From a virus (taxonomy: Duplodnaviria; Caudoviricetes): 59,396 nucleotides of DNA. The number at the start of each line of letters is the position of its first letter. Positions within the stretch are counted from its first letter, which is position 1. Location of the stretch: IMG/VR virus record IMGVR_UViG_3300044535_000237, positions 1 through 59,396 of that record. One strand, written 5' to 3'. The translations under genes and the position numbers were made by a program. Below the pieces are notes generated by a model. The model made no database searches. It was not told the origin of the DNA and worked only from the letters and a program-made list of their open reading frames with translations. Shown one piece after another: positions 1 to 9,918 of the stretch.

Positions 1-215
1 CAAAGGAACGCAATGATTGAGAAAGCAGACGCAGTGCAAATTGGCGGATCGCACTATAAAGATATGCCCGTACAACCTTGGAGCGTTATGTCTGCTGTGT
101 TGACGCGCGAAGAATTTATAGGGTTTCTGAAAGGCAACATTATTAAATACTCGATGCGTGCAGGACGAAAAGATGGCAGTGACGATGGCAACAAAGCATT
201 GCACTACATCCACAA
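1..215. repeat. Terminal direct repeat, left copy (matches 59182-59396)
   Basis: Direct comparison shows 215 bp with 9 mismatches (positions 21,24,30,45,69,83,84,87,93); 94-215 is identical. It cuts through the DUF3310 gene, so it is probably an assembly circularisation overlap. Confidence 0.95.
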
Positions 216-246
216 GTTGCACGAAGTACAGAATGCGGAAACGTAG
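13..246 (+). CDS. DUF3310 family protein (T7 gp1.7-like nucleotide kinase family)
   Basis: Motifs QIGGSHY, F.GFLKGNIIKY..RAGRK, D..KA.HY; AAGGA RBS upstream. Confidence 0.85.
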   Translation: MIEKADAVQIGGSHYKDMPVQPWSVMSAVLTREEFIGFLKGNIIKYSMRAGRKDGSDDGNKALHYIHKLHEVQNAET

Positions 247-703
247 CAAGTATCGGCCACGTGCCATACTTATAAATACCCTTGGATATGTAGTCGAGGG
301 GATGACACCGGTAGCTAAGTACGACACCTACTTGGTTGATCTCAAGATCAAGAACCACTTAGCAATGTCAACCTTGACTAAAGGACTTGCAACACGCAAC
401 GACATTGATACTTTGATTGCCACAGTAAATATTACTGAAGCTTTGTATAGATTAGGCTTTGGAAAAGAATATGCTGACGTAGTTACAGAGGGGCTCGATG
501 CATTACGCGACGTTGGTAGACGTGGTGTTGAGACAGGAAGATTTATCTTAAAAGCATCTGAGATGAATGCACTGAACCTTGTCATGGAATTGCATGACGC
601 GCAGATGGACTTAGTTACTGTAAAAGATATGGACAAAGCTGTTGAGCTTGTTCGTGAAGAGTTTCGTCAACGGAAAATGAGACCTATCGTGGAGAAAAAT
701 TAA
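233..703 (+). CDS. Hypothetical phage protein (156 aa)
   Basis: ORF 158..703; likely start MRKRSKYRP at 233, overlapping the upstream gene end; stop overlaps next start (TAATG). Confidence 0.7.
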   Translation: MRKRSKYRPRAILINTLGYVVEGMTPVAKYDTYLVDLKIKNHLAMSTLTKGLATRNDIDTLIATVNITEALYRLGFGKEYADVVTEGLDALRDVGRRGVETGRFILKASEMNALNLVMELHDAQMDLVTVKDMDKAVELVREEFRQRKMRPIVEKN

Positions 704-843
704 TGCTCGTTATTTACGAATTCTTAAAGAAGTTATTTGCCCGCGTTCCGCCCGCAGTGACGGATGAACACTGCCCGTATTGCCACGGGATCGGCTATGA
801 CGCAAGTGGGTTTACATGCAGTTGTTTGCGGGAGAAAAAATGA
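703..843 (+). CDS. Small Cys-rich (zinc-finger-like) protein, 46 aa
   Basis: Translated by hand: MLVIYEFLKKLFARVPPAVTDEHCPYCHGIGYDASGFTCSCLREKK (CxxCxGxG...CxC). GGAG RBS; translationally coupled on both sides. Not in the ORF track. Confidence 0.65.
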   Translation: MLVIYEFLKKLFARVPPAVTDEHCPYCHGIGYDASGFTCSCLREKK

Positions 844-1022
844 TCTTAGTAGACACTGACATAGAACGTAAACGCTGTGCTGCGATTGTGCGGAGATCAA
901 TCGTACGCAACAAAAACAACATCATGCACGTTCAGATACTTAAGCGCGTGCTCGAGAAAATAGTTAACCCGAGGAAACCAAAATGTACAGAATCCCAAGT
1001 GACCTCTCCGAACTTGAGCTGA
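840..1022 (+). CDS. Hypothetical protein
   Basis: ATGA overlap with the previous gene; GGAG RBS. Confidence 0.55.
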   Translation: MILVDTDIERKRCAAIVRRSIVRNKNNIMHVQILKRVLEKIVNPRKPKCTESQVTSPNLS

Positions 1023-1180
1023 TGCTTGCCGACTCGCAAGCAGAAGGCCGACTATTACGTCATCGATTAGATATTGTGTCTGAAGAAGCTCTACGTTTGC
1101 GTCAGAAGCTAGAACAGATTTACACTGTGGCTTACTTAGCTCTGGACAACAGAGAACTTGATAATATGGATATGAACTAA
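983..1180 (+). CDS. Hypothetical coiled-coil protein
   Basis: GAGG RBS; TAATG coupling to the polymerase gene. Confidence 0.65.
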   Translation: MYRIPSDLSELELMLADSQAEGRLLRHRLDIVSEEALRLRQKLEQIYTVAYLALDNRELDNMDMN

Positions 1181-3015
1181 TGGACATACTCACTGTAGAT
1201 ATTGAGACGTACTACGATGCACAATTCAGTTTGTCAAAGATGCAGACTGATGCGTACATAACCGACGAACGGTTTGAATTCATTGGAGTATGCGTTGCGA
1301 AGAATGACGGTGATCCCGTATGGTTCAGCGGCACTGAAGCAGAGATTCTTGAGTGGATGCACGTCAACTACGACTGGGGTAACTCCGCCGTAAGATGCCA
1401 CAATACTTTGTTCGATGGCTACGCGCTGACGCAACGACTAGGTATACGACCGAAGCTATGGATGGACACGCTCCCCCAAAGCCGCATGCTCTACCCCTAC
1501 TTAGTCTCTCACTCACTTGCTAACTTAACCAAATTCTTCGGATTCCCTGACAAGGGTACTGAAGTTGTTAAAGCTCTAGGCAAACGCCGCAATGACTTTA
1601 ATCCCACGGGATTAGCGGAATACGGCGATTACTGCAAGCATGACACATGGCTATGCCGTGCAATTGGCGAGAAGATGGATGCGTTCACGCCGCCACTGGA
1701 AGTTCGTTTGATCGACATGACTGTGCGTATGTTCACAGAGCCTATGCTTGTGGGCGATGTTGCTGTGATGGATCGGCTGTACCACGAAGAAGTTGCACGC
1801 AAAGAAGACCTGATGCGTTCGCTCATTGTCGGGAAGGACACGCTGATGTCCAACGACAAGTTTGCAGAACAGCTCGAGCTACTAGGTGTTAGCCCACCTA
1901 AGAAGATAAGCCCCGCAACAGGGCGTGAGACCTTTGCCTTTGCTAAAAGTGACAAGGGCTTTACTGACTTGCTCGACCACGAAGACTCAGGTGTTCAGGC
2001 ACTGGTAGCCGCACGCCTTGGCGTCAAGACAACCATTGCAGAAACCCGTGCGCTTAAGTTCGTGGATACTGCAAAGCGTGGCCCTCTGCCGGTGTACCTC
2101 AACTTCTGGGGTGCTAAAACCACTGGCCGTTACTCGGGCGGCAACAGTATCAACTGGCAGAACATCCCCGCCCGTGGGCCGTCTGCGGGTTTGCGTAACG
2201 CCCTGCTTGCCCCTGCCGGACACACCGTGCTTGTAGGTGACTCGTCCAACATCGAGCTTCGCACAGTGATGGCTTTGGCCGGACAGGATGACGTGGTAGA
2301 GAAGTTGGCCAATGGCGTGGACTTGTACTGCGACTTTGCGTCCAAGCTCTTTGGTCGTGACATTACCAAGGCAGACAAGGCTGAGCGTTTCTTGGGTAAG
2401 ACCGCGATGCTCGGGTTGCAGTACGGTGCCGGTGCTCCGCGCTTTCAAGAGATGGTTCGTATCGCAGCGCGTACTGATCCGGCTGTAAAAGCTATTGACC
2501 TTGATCGTGCGTACGACATCGTGAACCTATACCGCTCAGTACATCACAAGGTAGTTGACCTATGGGGTAGGTGTCAGCAAGTAATCCTGCCCGACATTGC
2601 CAATGGTTGTAGCCTGATGACTGTGGATGTCAACGGATGGTTTATCACACAGAAGGATGGCTTCGGACGTCCGGGTGAGCCCGGTGTGATGTACCACGAC
2701 CTGAAGTACGACGGCAAAGAGTGGACATACTTAATGGGCAAACAACGTGTGCGTATCTTCGGCCCGAAAGTTGTAGAAAATTTATCACAACATGCTGCAA
2801 TGCGGATCGTTATGTGGCAAACTGCACGTATCAACGAACGGTACCCCGTCAAGCTGTCAGTCCATGACGAAGCAGTCTGCGTAGTACCAAATGAAGAACT
2901 TACTCAAGCACGCGCCTATATGGAAGAGTGCCTATCTCTAACACCCAAGTGGTGTCGGAGCATTCCCGTATCTTGTGAGACGGGTGTAGGCCCGTCGTAT
3001 GGTGCGGCGAAATAG
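1180..3015 (+). CDS. polA: Family A DNA polymerase with 3'-5' exonuclease domain (Leu762 type)
   Basis: ExoI DIET, ExoII HN..FD, ExoIII YC..D; TGRYSG..INWQNIP; motif A D.SNIELR; motif B R..GKTAMLGLQYG; motif C VHDE. Confidence 0.95.
   Translation: MDILTVDIETYYDAQFSLSKMQTDAYITDERFEFIGVCVAKNDGDPVWFSGTEAEILEWMHVNYDWGNSAVRCHNTLFDGYALTQRLGIRPKLWMDTLPQSRMLYPYLVSHSLANLTKFFGFPDKGTEVVKALGKRRNDFNPTGLAEYGDYCKHDTWLCRAIGEKMDAFTPPLEVRLIDMTVRMFTEPMLVGDVAVMDRLYHEEVARKEDLMRSLIVGKDTLMSNDKFAEQLELLGVSPPKKISPATGRETFAFAKSDKGFTDLLDHEDSGVQALVAARLGVKTTIAETRALKFVDTAKRGPLPVYLNFWGAKTTGRYSGGNSINWQNIPARGPSAGLRNALLAPAGHTVLVGDSSNIELRTVMALAGQDDVVEKLANGVDLYCDFASKLFGRDITKADKAERFLGKTAMLGLQYGAGAPRFQEMVRIAARTDPAVKAIDLDRAYDIVNLYRSVHHKVVDLWGRCQQVILPDIANGCSLMTVDVNGWFITQKDGFGRPGEPGVMYHDLKYDGKEWTYLMGKQRVRIFGPKVVENLSQHAAMRIVMWQTARINERYPVKLSVHDEAVCVVPNEELTQARAYMEECLSLTPKWCRSIPVSCETGVGPSYGAAK
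1599..1614. promoter_or_regulatory. 16-bp dyad TAATCCCACGGGATTA (intragenic copy in polA)
   Basis: Exact match to the palindrome repeated in the early region. Confidence 0.6.
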
Positions 3016-3022
3016 GAAACTT

Positions 3023-3715
3023 ATGACCCAAGTAATGCCGCTGTCTTTTAGTCGTCTGTCAACATTTGAAACATGCGAGGCCCAGTTTGATTATCTGTAC
3101 GTATCTAAACGCGTACCCAATTCATCAAACGAAGCGTCCGAGTATGGAGATCGTGTACACAAGTTGCTAGAAGCTAAAGGCCGTGGCGTGCTTGACATGG
3201 ACTCACTATCTGCTGAAGGGCGTAGCACACTAGATCAATGGGGTAGCGTTGTTGACGTCATCATGAAACGTCCGGGCACTAAGATGTTCGAACAACAGAT
3301 GGCTGTCAATGCTGATCTAAAGCCTGTTGACTGGTTCGCCAAGGACGTGTGGATCAGATCAATCGCTGACGTACTCGTTGTGGATGGCGACACTGCGTAC
3401 TGCCTTGACTACAAGACAGGCAAAGTAAAAGAAAACCCAACACAGTTGCAACTGTTTGCGGCCATGGTGTTCTGGCATTACCCAGAAGTCACCAAGGTCA
3501 AGACATCATTCATCTGGCTTAAGTTTAACGAGACAACAAACGCCGTGTACGAACGTAGGTTTCTGGACTCAATGTGGCGAGCACTGAAGCCTCGGTTTGC
3601 AAAGGTGCAGGACACGATTGAACTTGGCGTATACAAAACAAAACCGTCGGGCTTGTGCCCATGGTGCGCGGCAAAAGACATTTGCCCTGACGCACGACTG
3701 AAAGGTAAGAGATGA
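3023..3715 (+). CDS. PD-(D/E)XK nuclease (Cas4/RecB-like exonuclease)
   Basis: SFSRL.TF..C, G.RVH..LE, IADV, LDYKTGK, QLQL.A, C-terminal C.WC...C; AGGA RBS. Confidence 0.9.
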   Translation: MTQVMPLSFSRLSTFETCEAQFDYLYVSKRVPNSSNEASEYGDRVHKLLEAKGRGVLDMDSLSAEGRSTLDQWGSVVDVIMKRPGTKMFEQQMAVNADLKPVDWFAKDVWIRSIADVLVVDGDTAYCLDYKTGKVKENPTQLQLFAAMVFWHYPEVTKVKTSFIWLKFNETTNAVYERRFLDSMWRALKPRFAKVQDTIELGVYKTKPSGLCPWCAAKDICPDARLKGKR

Positions 3716-4017
3716 AGAATGAAGCTGATGTTAAAAAGATTGTCAAAGATGTTCTCAAAAATGCAGACTTATGTTGGTGGTTTATGCCACCTGCTAATGG
3801 CTATGGTCGGTCTGGTATTCCTGACTTTGTGGGCTGTGTTAATGGTTCTATGTTTGCTGTTGAGACCAAGTACGGTAAGGGAACTACTACAGCCAACCAA
3901 GAGAGGGAAATATCAACGTTGACTAGATGCGGTGCCAAAGTGTGGATCGTTCGCGAGACGTCTGTTGACGTATGGGCAATTGAATTTAAAGCTTGGGTTG
4001 CACTGACATGCTTGTAA
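3712..4017 (+). CDS. VRR-NUC domain nuclease (Holliday junction resolvase-like)
   Basis: E..V...V, GRSGIPDF.GC..G.MFAVETK, T..QE motifs. Confidence 0.88.
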   Translation: MKNEADVKKIVKDVLKNADLCWWFMPPANGYGRSGIPDFVGCVNGSMFAVETKYGKGTTTANQEREISTLTRCGAKVWIVRETSVDVWAIEFKAWVALTCL

Positions 4018-5558
4018 TACCAGATCAACGTAGGATCGTAATTAACAGCAACGAGAATGCAATGGTGCAATCTCTGATGCCGCATGCCAAACAGTTTATG
4101 CATGACGGGGAGTCAATGCTTGCTGTGCCGTATGGCGTAGACGAATCAATCGTGCTAAAGAACTTGGGCTTCAGTGTCCCTGCTCCCATCACGCACTACT
4201 ACAATTGGCCCGCTCGGTTTGCTCCGATGGATCACCAGAAAGATACCGCCGCATTTCTTACAACACACAAGCGTGCCTTGTGCCTTAACGCCCCGGGTAC
4301 TGGGAAATCTATTAGCGCCATATGGGCGGCGGACTTCTTGATAGACGAAGGCGTGGCTAAGAAAGTTTTAATTGTCGCTCCTCTGTCGACGCTCACTGTC
4401 GTATGGGGCAGGGAGTTTAAACACCACCTGCCGCACCGCATGTTTGTTATTTGCACGGGGACAAAAGAAAAACGTAAACAGTTGCTTGACACTCCCGGTG
4501 CGCAATACTTCATCATCAACCATGATGGCTTTAGTAGCATGGCCGCTGAGTTAAAAAACTTTGACGTTGTAATTTACGACGAAGCGACTGCGCTTAAATC
4601 TCCGAGCTCACAACGCTACAAGATTTTTTCTAAGTGGATGCAACTGCATAAGCCTTGGCTGTGGATGCTAACGGGTACACCAATCTCACAGACACCTGCA
4701 GACGCATGGACACTAGCGCGACTTGTTGACTCACCAACATGCCCAAAAAGTTTTACAACGTTCAAAGACATGGTGATGCAAAAGGTAACTACGTTTAAGT
4801 GGACACCACGAAAAGATGCGCTTGAGACGTGCAAAAAAGTATTGCAACCATCGATTCGTTTTTCGCTTGACGAGTGCAAAGATTTACCTGATACTAACTT
4901 CGTTGGTCGCAAGACAGAGCTAACACCTCAACAACAAAAAGCGTTTAAGGAAATGAAAGATAAAGCTGTGACTGTGTTCGCAGCCGGTGAAGTAACTGCG
5001 GCAAATGCGGCAGTTGTGCTGAGTAAGATGTTGCAAATTAGTTGCGGTGTCGTATACAGTGAGACCGGTAGAATTGCAATCGATGGCTCTTTGAGGTATA
5101 ATACACTCACTGACTTACTTACGGAGATCGGAGACAAGGTTATTATCTTTGTGCCGCTACGAGGCGTACAAGATCAATTGCAAGCGAAGTTAACTGCTGA
5201 TGGATTCGATGTTGCATCGGTTCATGGCGACGTTAATAAAAACGAACGCAATCAAATCTTTAACGACTTTCAGCACACGGACAGGCCACAGATTTTGTTG
5301 GCTCACCCGAAGGTTGCGGCACACGGATTGACATTGACTCGGGCAAAAGATATTGTTTGGTTTGCTCCCATTTATTCACTTGAACAGTACGAGCAAGCTA
5401 ACGCTAGGATTCGCCGACTGACAACAGTTGGCAAGACGACCGTTTGGCACATATGGGCCACCGGCTTTGAGGCAGAGTTATACCGCCGACTCCGCGCAAA
5501 GCAAAACACATTGGCGGAGTTTTTGAATTTGGTGCAGGGCATCAACAGTGACGATTAG
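4008..5558 (+). CDS. SNF2-family (SF2) helicase
   Basis: HQ motif, Walker A PGTGKS, Walker B DEAT, LTGTP, HGLTLT, QANARIRR. Confidence 0.92.
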   Translation: MLVIPDQRRIVINSNENAMVQSLMPHAKQFMHDGESMLAVPYGVDESIVLKNLGFSVPAPITHYYNWPARFAPMDHQKDTAAFLTTHKRALCLNAPGTGKSISAIWAADFLIDEGVAKKVLIVAPLSTLTVVWGREFKHHLPHRMFVICTGTKEKRKQLLDTPGAQYFIINHDGFSSMAAELKNFDVVIYDEATALKSPSSQRYKIFSKWMQLHKPWLWMLTGTPISQTPADAWTLARLVDSPTCPKSFTTFKDMVMQKVTTFKWTPRKDALETCKKVLQPSIRFSLDECKDLPDTNFVGRKTELTPQQQKAFKEMKDKAVTVFAAGEVTAANAAVVLSKMLQISCGVVYSETGRIAIDGSLRYNTLTDLLTEIGDKVIIFVPLRGVQDQLQAKLTADGFDVASVHGDVNKNERNQIFNDFQHTDRPQILLAHPKVAAHGLTLTRAKDIVWFAPIYSLEQYEQANARIRRLTTVGKTTVWHIWATGFEAELYRRLRAKQNTLAEFLNLVQGINSDD

Positions 5559-5579
5559 TTAAACAGTTAGGACTTACTT

Positions 5580-5972
5580 ATGAACTATGAAATAGCCGCA
5601 GAAAAGTATCTGCAGGTGCGCGGTGCTATCGACGCTCTCGAGCGTGAGCATAAAGCGGCCAAAGCCAAGCTGACAGAAAAGCTTGTAGCCGTTGAGAACT
5701 GGATGACTGTGAAAGCACAGGAAGACGGTCTCGAGACAGTTAAAACAAATTTTGGTACGGCCTATTGGTCGACACACCATACTGCGACCGTTGCGTCGCG
5801 TGAAGAGTTCTTTGCGTACTGCAAGGAAACCGATGCTTGGGACATGGTAGAAGCCCGCGCATCGAAGCTAGGGGTTAAGAGTTTCATTGAAGCCAATGGC
5901 GCTCCACCTCCCGGTGTAAATTTTTCATCTATCCGTGTTTTTAATCTTCGTAAAGCTCAAGCAAAGGAATAA
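5580..5972 (+). CDS. Conserved replication-module protein (coiled coil + VKT..GTAY)
   Basis: 130-aa ORF with AGGA RBS, between the helicase and SSB-like genes. Confidence 0.7.
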   Translation: MNYEIAAEKYLQVRGAIDALEREHKAAKAKLTEKLVAVENWMTVKAQEDGLETVKTNFGTAYWSTHHTATVASREEFFAYCKETDAWDMVEARASKLGVKSFIEANGAPPPGVNFSSIRVFNLRKAQAKE

Positions 5973-5974
5973 TC

Positions 5975-6865
5975 GTGAGCAACATCACAACAGTACCTGC
6001 ACACATTGCAGCCCGTATAGCCGCCCGTCAGCAAGCGGGCACTAAATCAACAGTGGCCTCTGCGATCGTCGGTAGCGACGGCGTAAGTTTTCCACGAATC
6101 AGCATCCGCGCAGGGCGTTATCGCTTGAGCGAAGACGGTGTTGAGACAACAGTTGGCGTCACATTAGACACCATCATCGTAGGTGCAAACCCTAGGGTTT
6201 CCAAGGTGTTTTACGCTAAGGCGTTTGATGCGTCTGCGGAGAATATCCGTCCAGATTGTGGCTCTAATGATGGACTAAAGCCTGACGCTAATTTTGAGTC
6301 ACCCGTGCACGCTAGTTGTGCTGACTGCCCTAACAACGTTCTAGGCTCTAAGGTTTTGCCCTCTGGTGCAAAGTCTAAGATGTGTGCTGACCAACGCCAC
6401 TTGGCAGTGGTTGCCGCCGCTGATCCTTCTAAGGTGTACAGCCTGACCGTACCTGTTAGCGGTATGAAAGGTTTGCGCGAATACTTCAAGGACTTAGGTA
6501 ACTATGGCATCGGCCCTGAAGAGGTAATTACTGAGTTAGGTTTTGATGACGCGGCAAGTTATCCCAAGATTACTTTTAAGCAAAAAGGTTACGTTCCAGA
6601 GAAAGCAATTTCTCGCGTTGACACTTTAGTTGGAAGTGATTCTGTTAAAGTAGCTACTCGTCAACTTGCTCCACAAGCGGCGGGCCCTGCTCTTGCAGCA
6701 CCCGCGCCAAAGGCCGCTATTGCGGCTCCCGCAGTAGATGACGCTTATGAAGAGGAAACACCTGCACCAGTAGCCGCGCCTGTCAAGGCGGCAAAACCCG
6801 TAGTTGCTCCAGTAAAAGCGTCAGATGAATTAGCGGCAAAGCTCGACAGTTTGTTCGACGAGTAA
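5975..6865 (+). CDS. Putative single-stranded DNA-binding/annealing protein
   Basis: GTG start with AAGGA RBS; CxxC..N..GS..C cluster, Ala/Pro linker, acidic C-terminus (LDSLFDE); position in the replication module. Confidence 0.6.
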   Translation: MSNITTVPAHIAARIAARQQAGTKSTVASAIVGSDGVSFPRISIRAGRYRLSEDGVETTVGVTLDTIIVGANPRVSKVFYAKAFDASAENIRPDCGSNDGLKPDANFESPVHASCADCPNNVLGSKVLPSGAKSKMCADQRHLAVVAAADPSKVYSLTVPVSGMKGLREYFKDLGNYGIGPEEVITELGFDDAASYPKITFKQKGYVPEKAISRVDTLVGSDSVKVATRQLAPQAAGPALAAPAPKAAIAAPAVDDAYEEETPAPVAAPVKAAKPVVAPVKASDELAAKLDSLFDE

Positions 6866-6887
6866 TAAAATTAAAATGTAGAACGCT

Positions 6888-6912
6888 CCCCGGGTAACGC
6901 CGGGGTTTTTTA
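6888..6912 (+). terminator. Rho-independent terminator
   Basis: CCCCGG-GTAACG-CCGGGG followed by a T-run. Confidence 0.75.
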
Positions 6913-6926
6913 TCTAGGGGCATGTC

Positions 6927-9893
6927 TTGGACACAAAAAACTTTTTTACTCGCGTATTCGCCCAAACAGACGAACTGGTTATTTGCATACATAAGCCTGA
7001 TCCATCAGGACAAAATCCAAGAGGCTTTTTTTGGAACCGTGGATCATTTGCTGACATCGACGACGCGATCGACGCGATCAGCAAATGGGATGTAGAAGCT
7101 GAGTCAACTGTTTACTTTGGTGTTGGTGCATTTGCTAATCACAGTTACGTAGAGAACGGTAAGCAGAAATGGTATCGCACGCAAGCACACGCAACAGTGT
7201 TTAAAGCACTGGCGCTTGATTTAGATATTGGTGAGGACAAACCTTACGCTACTCAGAAGGAAGGTTGGATTGCAATGTCCGTCGCCCTCAAAGCGATTGG
7301 TATGCCTCAGCCTATGGTTATATCTTCTGGTCGTGGCATTCATTGCTACTGGCCGATGACTCAGAACATTTCGAAAGAGCATTGGGTAAAAGTATCTACT
7401 GCGCTTCGCATTGCGCTTGAAGAGCATGGTGTCGAGATTGACACGAGCAAGATTCATGATCCATCGATGGTGCTTCGCCCAGTCGGTACGCATCATAAAA
7501 AGCAACAGCCGTGGAAGTTGGTCGAGTGCAAACGTGATTGCCCTGACTATGATCCAGTGCAGTTGTTCACCGTGTTAAAGCCATGGTTTGGAAAGCTGCC
7601 AAAGAACGCGAAGGCAACAGCATCACGCAAGGGTGTTAGATCATCTATTCTCGATGCAGTGCTTAACACAAACGATGTTGTATTGACTGCAGTAGCAGGT
7701 CGCTGTGCTCAAGTGGGTGCGCTTGTAGCTTCTGGTGGTGTACTCGACGCGGCAGGTCGCAACGTTGAAGAACCTTTGTGGCGTGCGTCACTGGGACTCG
7801 CGAAGCATTGCACCGATGTACGAGAAGCTGTGGTCATGCTTGCAGGTGGGCATCCAGATTTTGATCTCGATGACAGCATGGCTAAGCTCAATGGTTGGAA
7901 CGGCACTGGCCCTACGACTTGTGCAAAGTTCGAGCAGTTGTGTGCTAAGGGTTGCGAAGGTTGCCCAAGCCGTGGAAAGATTACAAGCCCTGCGCAGTTG
8001 TCAGTTGTTACTGAGACTGAAGTTGTTACTGAGGAAGGTGAAGAGTTCACGTTCACAATGCCCAAGGGCTATGTTATTCAGAACAACCAGATCATGCGCG
8101 AGGTCAAGACCGAGATCACAACGACTGACGCAAACGGCAACGAAATTGCCCAAGAGGTCACAGAGTTTGACCATGTGTGCCAGTATGAGATTCACATCAC
8201 CGGTGTGTACCACGATCCTGAGAGTCACAAGTCTGCATTCAAAATGATTGCTAAGTACCCAATGACAGGGTGGAAAGAAACAGAGCACGAGATCACTGTG
8301 CTTGCGTCAATCGGTAAAGACTTCTCAGGGTTTTTATTGAACCAACAAATCTACGTCAAGAACGCAGGGCAACAAGAAAAGGTTAGGAGTTATTTGATGG
8401 ACTATTTATCCATGGTGCAACAGCAAGCACCAACAGGATTAGACTTTGTTAACTTCGGTTGGCAAGAAGACGGCTCGTTCATGTGTGGACAAACTGTGCT
8501 TGGCTCGCCATCGGGTGCAACAGACACGCGCCTTCGTGGCCCTGCATCCAACTTCGCTAGGCTTATTGGCCCGCATGGTGAACGCTCTGAGTGGATTCGT
8601 GCGATGGATATGCTGAACCTACCCGGTGCCGATAATATTCGTGCGTCAGTGCTGACAGGCACAGTAGGAATCCTAGGCCCTGCCGCCGGTAACGCAACAG
8701 CGATTGTGTCGATCTATTCTGATGAGACGACAACTGGTAAATCGTTGTCTCTGATCGGCGTGAACAGTCTGATTGGTAACCCCAAGGATTTATTCCTGAG
8801 TCAGAAGGACACAGCGAACGCCATGTATAAGATGCGCGGCGTACTGAATAACTTGCCATGTTGTATCGACGAGATGACTGCGGCTGACGACAAGGACATG
8901 GCCGACATGGGCTACACACTAAGCTCAGGTCGCGAAAAGATTTCGATGACGAAAGAACGTGAGTTGCGTGAACCCGCTAAGTGGTGTGCTCCTACTCACG
9001 TCACGTCTAACATTTCAATGTACCGAAAGTTTGAAAATGCACAGGCAGGCAACGACCCGCTGAAAGCGCGTTGCTTAGAGTTCCCGCAACACGATAGAAC
9101 TTTTGTCGCTACCCGAGAAGATGGCCGTAGCTTTGGGTATGACTTTTTTGAGATCGTAGAAAAGCATAACGGTTGGGCTTTCCCAGAGCTTGTGCAAGTT
9201 GTAATCGACAAGGGCGGCCCCGAGGTCGTATGGAAATGGGCTGAGGCATCATTCAATAAAACGTTTGGTTTTATCTTTGAGCCACAAGAGCGCTTTTACA
9301 GGACGCTACTTATCGCATCATGGGGCATGGGTCGTATTGGCCAAGCCTTGGGTTTGTTCCCGTTCGATGTAAAGGCAACGATAGACTTTATGATTGAGCG
9401 CGTCAAGAAGACGCGTCAGGCCGCCATAGAAAGCAAGTCTGATGTGTTCGACACGATTGGCCAGTACATCATGGAGCACAACGACCGCCTTGTGCATTGC
9501 ACCGAAGTTTATAGCTCAGGTAAAGAGCAGGTAACGCAGCCCGCTCCAGATAAAGCTGTTGCCCGTGTCAAGGTTGTTTATGATGCCAAGAACCCTGTCA
9601 TGCCCGGTAGCATGATCGCGATCAACTTGGCTTTGTTCAAGGCATGGCTAGGTAGATCGCAGGACGGTATTGACCGGATTGAGCGTGAGCTAGAACTTAA
9701 CGGTGCGATGATTGCTAAGCGCGATCGAGTAACGATGTTTAAGGGATGCAAGGACAGAAGCCCCGGCCAGACGCATTGCCTGATTGTGAACCTGAACCAT
9801 CCTAGGTTTGTAGCAACTCTGACTGGCACCATGTCCAGAGAGCAAAGCCCTGTACTATTGGCTGTTCTAAATGGCGTAGCTGTGGGACAATAA
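6927..9893 (+). CDS. Primase (RepB/AEP-like) fused to DUF927 helicase-like domain
   Basis: LDLD, SSGRGIHCYW, VLRPVGT.H primase motifs; C..F...C..GC.GC Zn cluster; GW..D.SF, TTTGKS, IDE of DUF927; TTG start after AGGGG. Confidence 0.85.
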   Translation: MDTKNFFTRVFAQTDELVICIHKPDPSGQNPRGFFWNRGSFADIDDAIDAISKWDVEAESTVYFGVGAFANHSYVENGKQKWYRTQAHATVFKALALDLDIGEDKPYATQKEGWIAMSVALKAIGMPQPMVISSGRGIHCYWPMTQNISKEHWVKVSTALRIALEEHGVEIDTSKIHDPSMVLRPVGTHHKKQQPWKLVECKRDCPDYDPVQLFTVLKPWFGKLPKNAKATASRKGVRSSILDAVLNTNDVVLTAVAGRCAQVGALVASGGVLDAAGRNVEEPLWRASLGLAKHCTDVREAVVMLAGGHPDFDLDDSMAKLNGWNGTGPTTCAKFEQLCAKGCEGCPSRGKITSPAQLSVVTETEVVTEEGEEFTFTMPKGYVIQNNQIMREVKTEITTTDANGNEIAQEVTEFDHVCQYEIHITGVYHDPESHKSAFKMIAKYPMTGWKETEHEITVLASIGKDFSGFLLNQQIYVKNAGQQEKVRSYLMDYLSMVQQQAPTGLDFVNFGWQEDGSFMCGQTVLGSPSGATDTRLRGPASNFARLIGPHGERSEWIRAMDMLNLPGADNIRASVLTGTVGILGPAAGNATAIVSIYSDETTTGKSLSLIGVNSLIGNPKDLFLSQKDTANAMYKMRGVLNNLPCCIDEMTAADDKDMADMGYTLSSGREKISMTKERELREPAKWCAPTHVTSNISMYRKFENAQAGNDPLKARCLEFPQHDRTFVATREDGRSFGYDFFEIVEKHNGWAFPELVQVVIDKGGPEVVWKWAEASFNKTFGFIFEPQERFYRTLLIASWGMGRIGQALGLFPFDVKATIDFMIERVKKTRQAAIESKSDVFDTIGQYIMEHNDRLVHCTEVYSSGKEQVTQPAPDKAVARVKVVYDAKNPVMPGSMIAINLALFKAWLGRSQDGIDRIERELELNGAMIAKRDRVTMFKGCKDRSPGQTHCLIVNLNHPRFVATLTGTMSREQSPVLLAVLNGVAVGQ

Positions 9894-9918
9894 GATATCT
9901 TTTTTAAGGACAACTATC

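Noticed and set aside
1-215. Biological direct terminal repeat
   Set aside because: It begins and ends around and within a coding gene and has allele-like mismatches, which fits an assembly overlap better.
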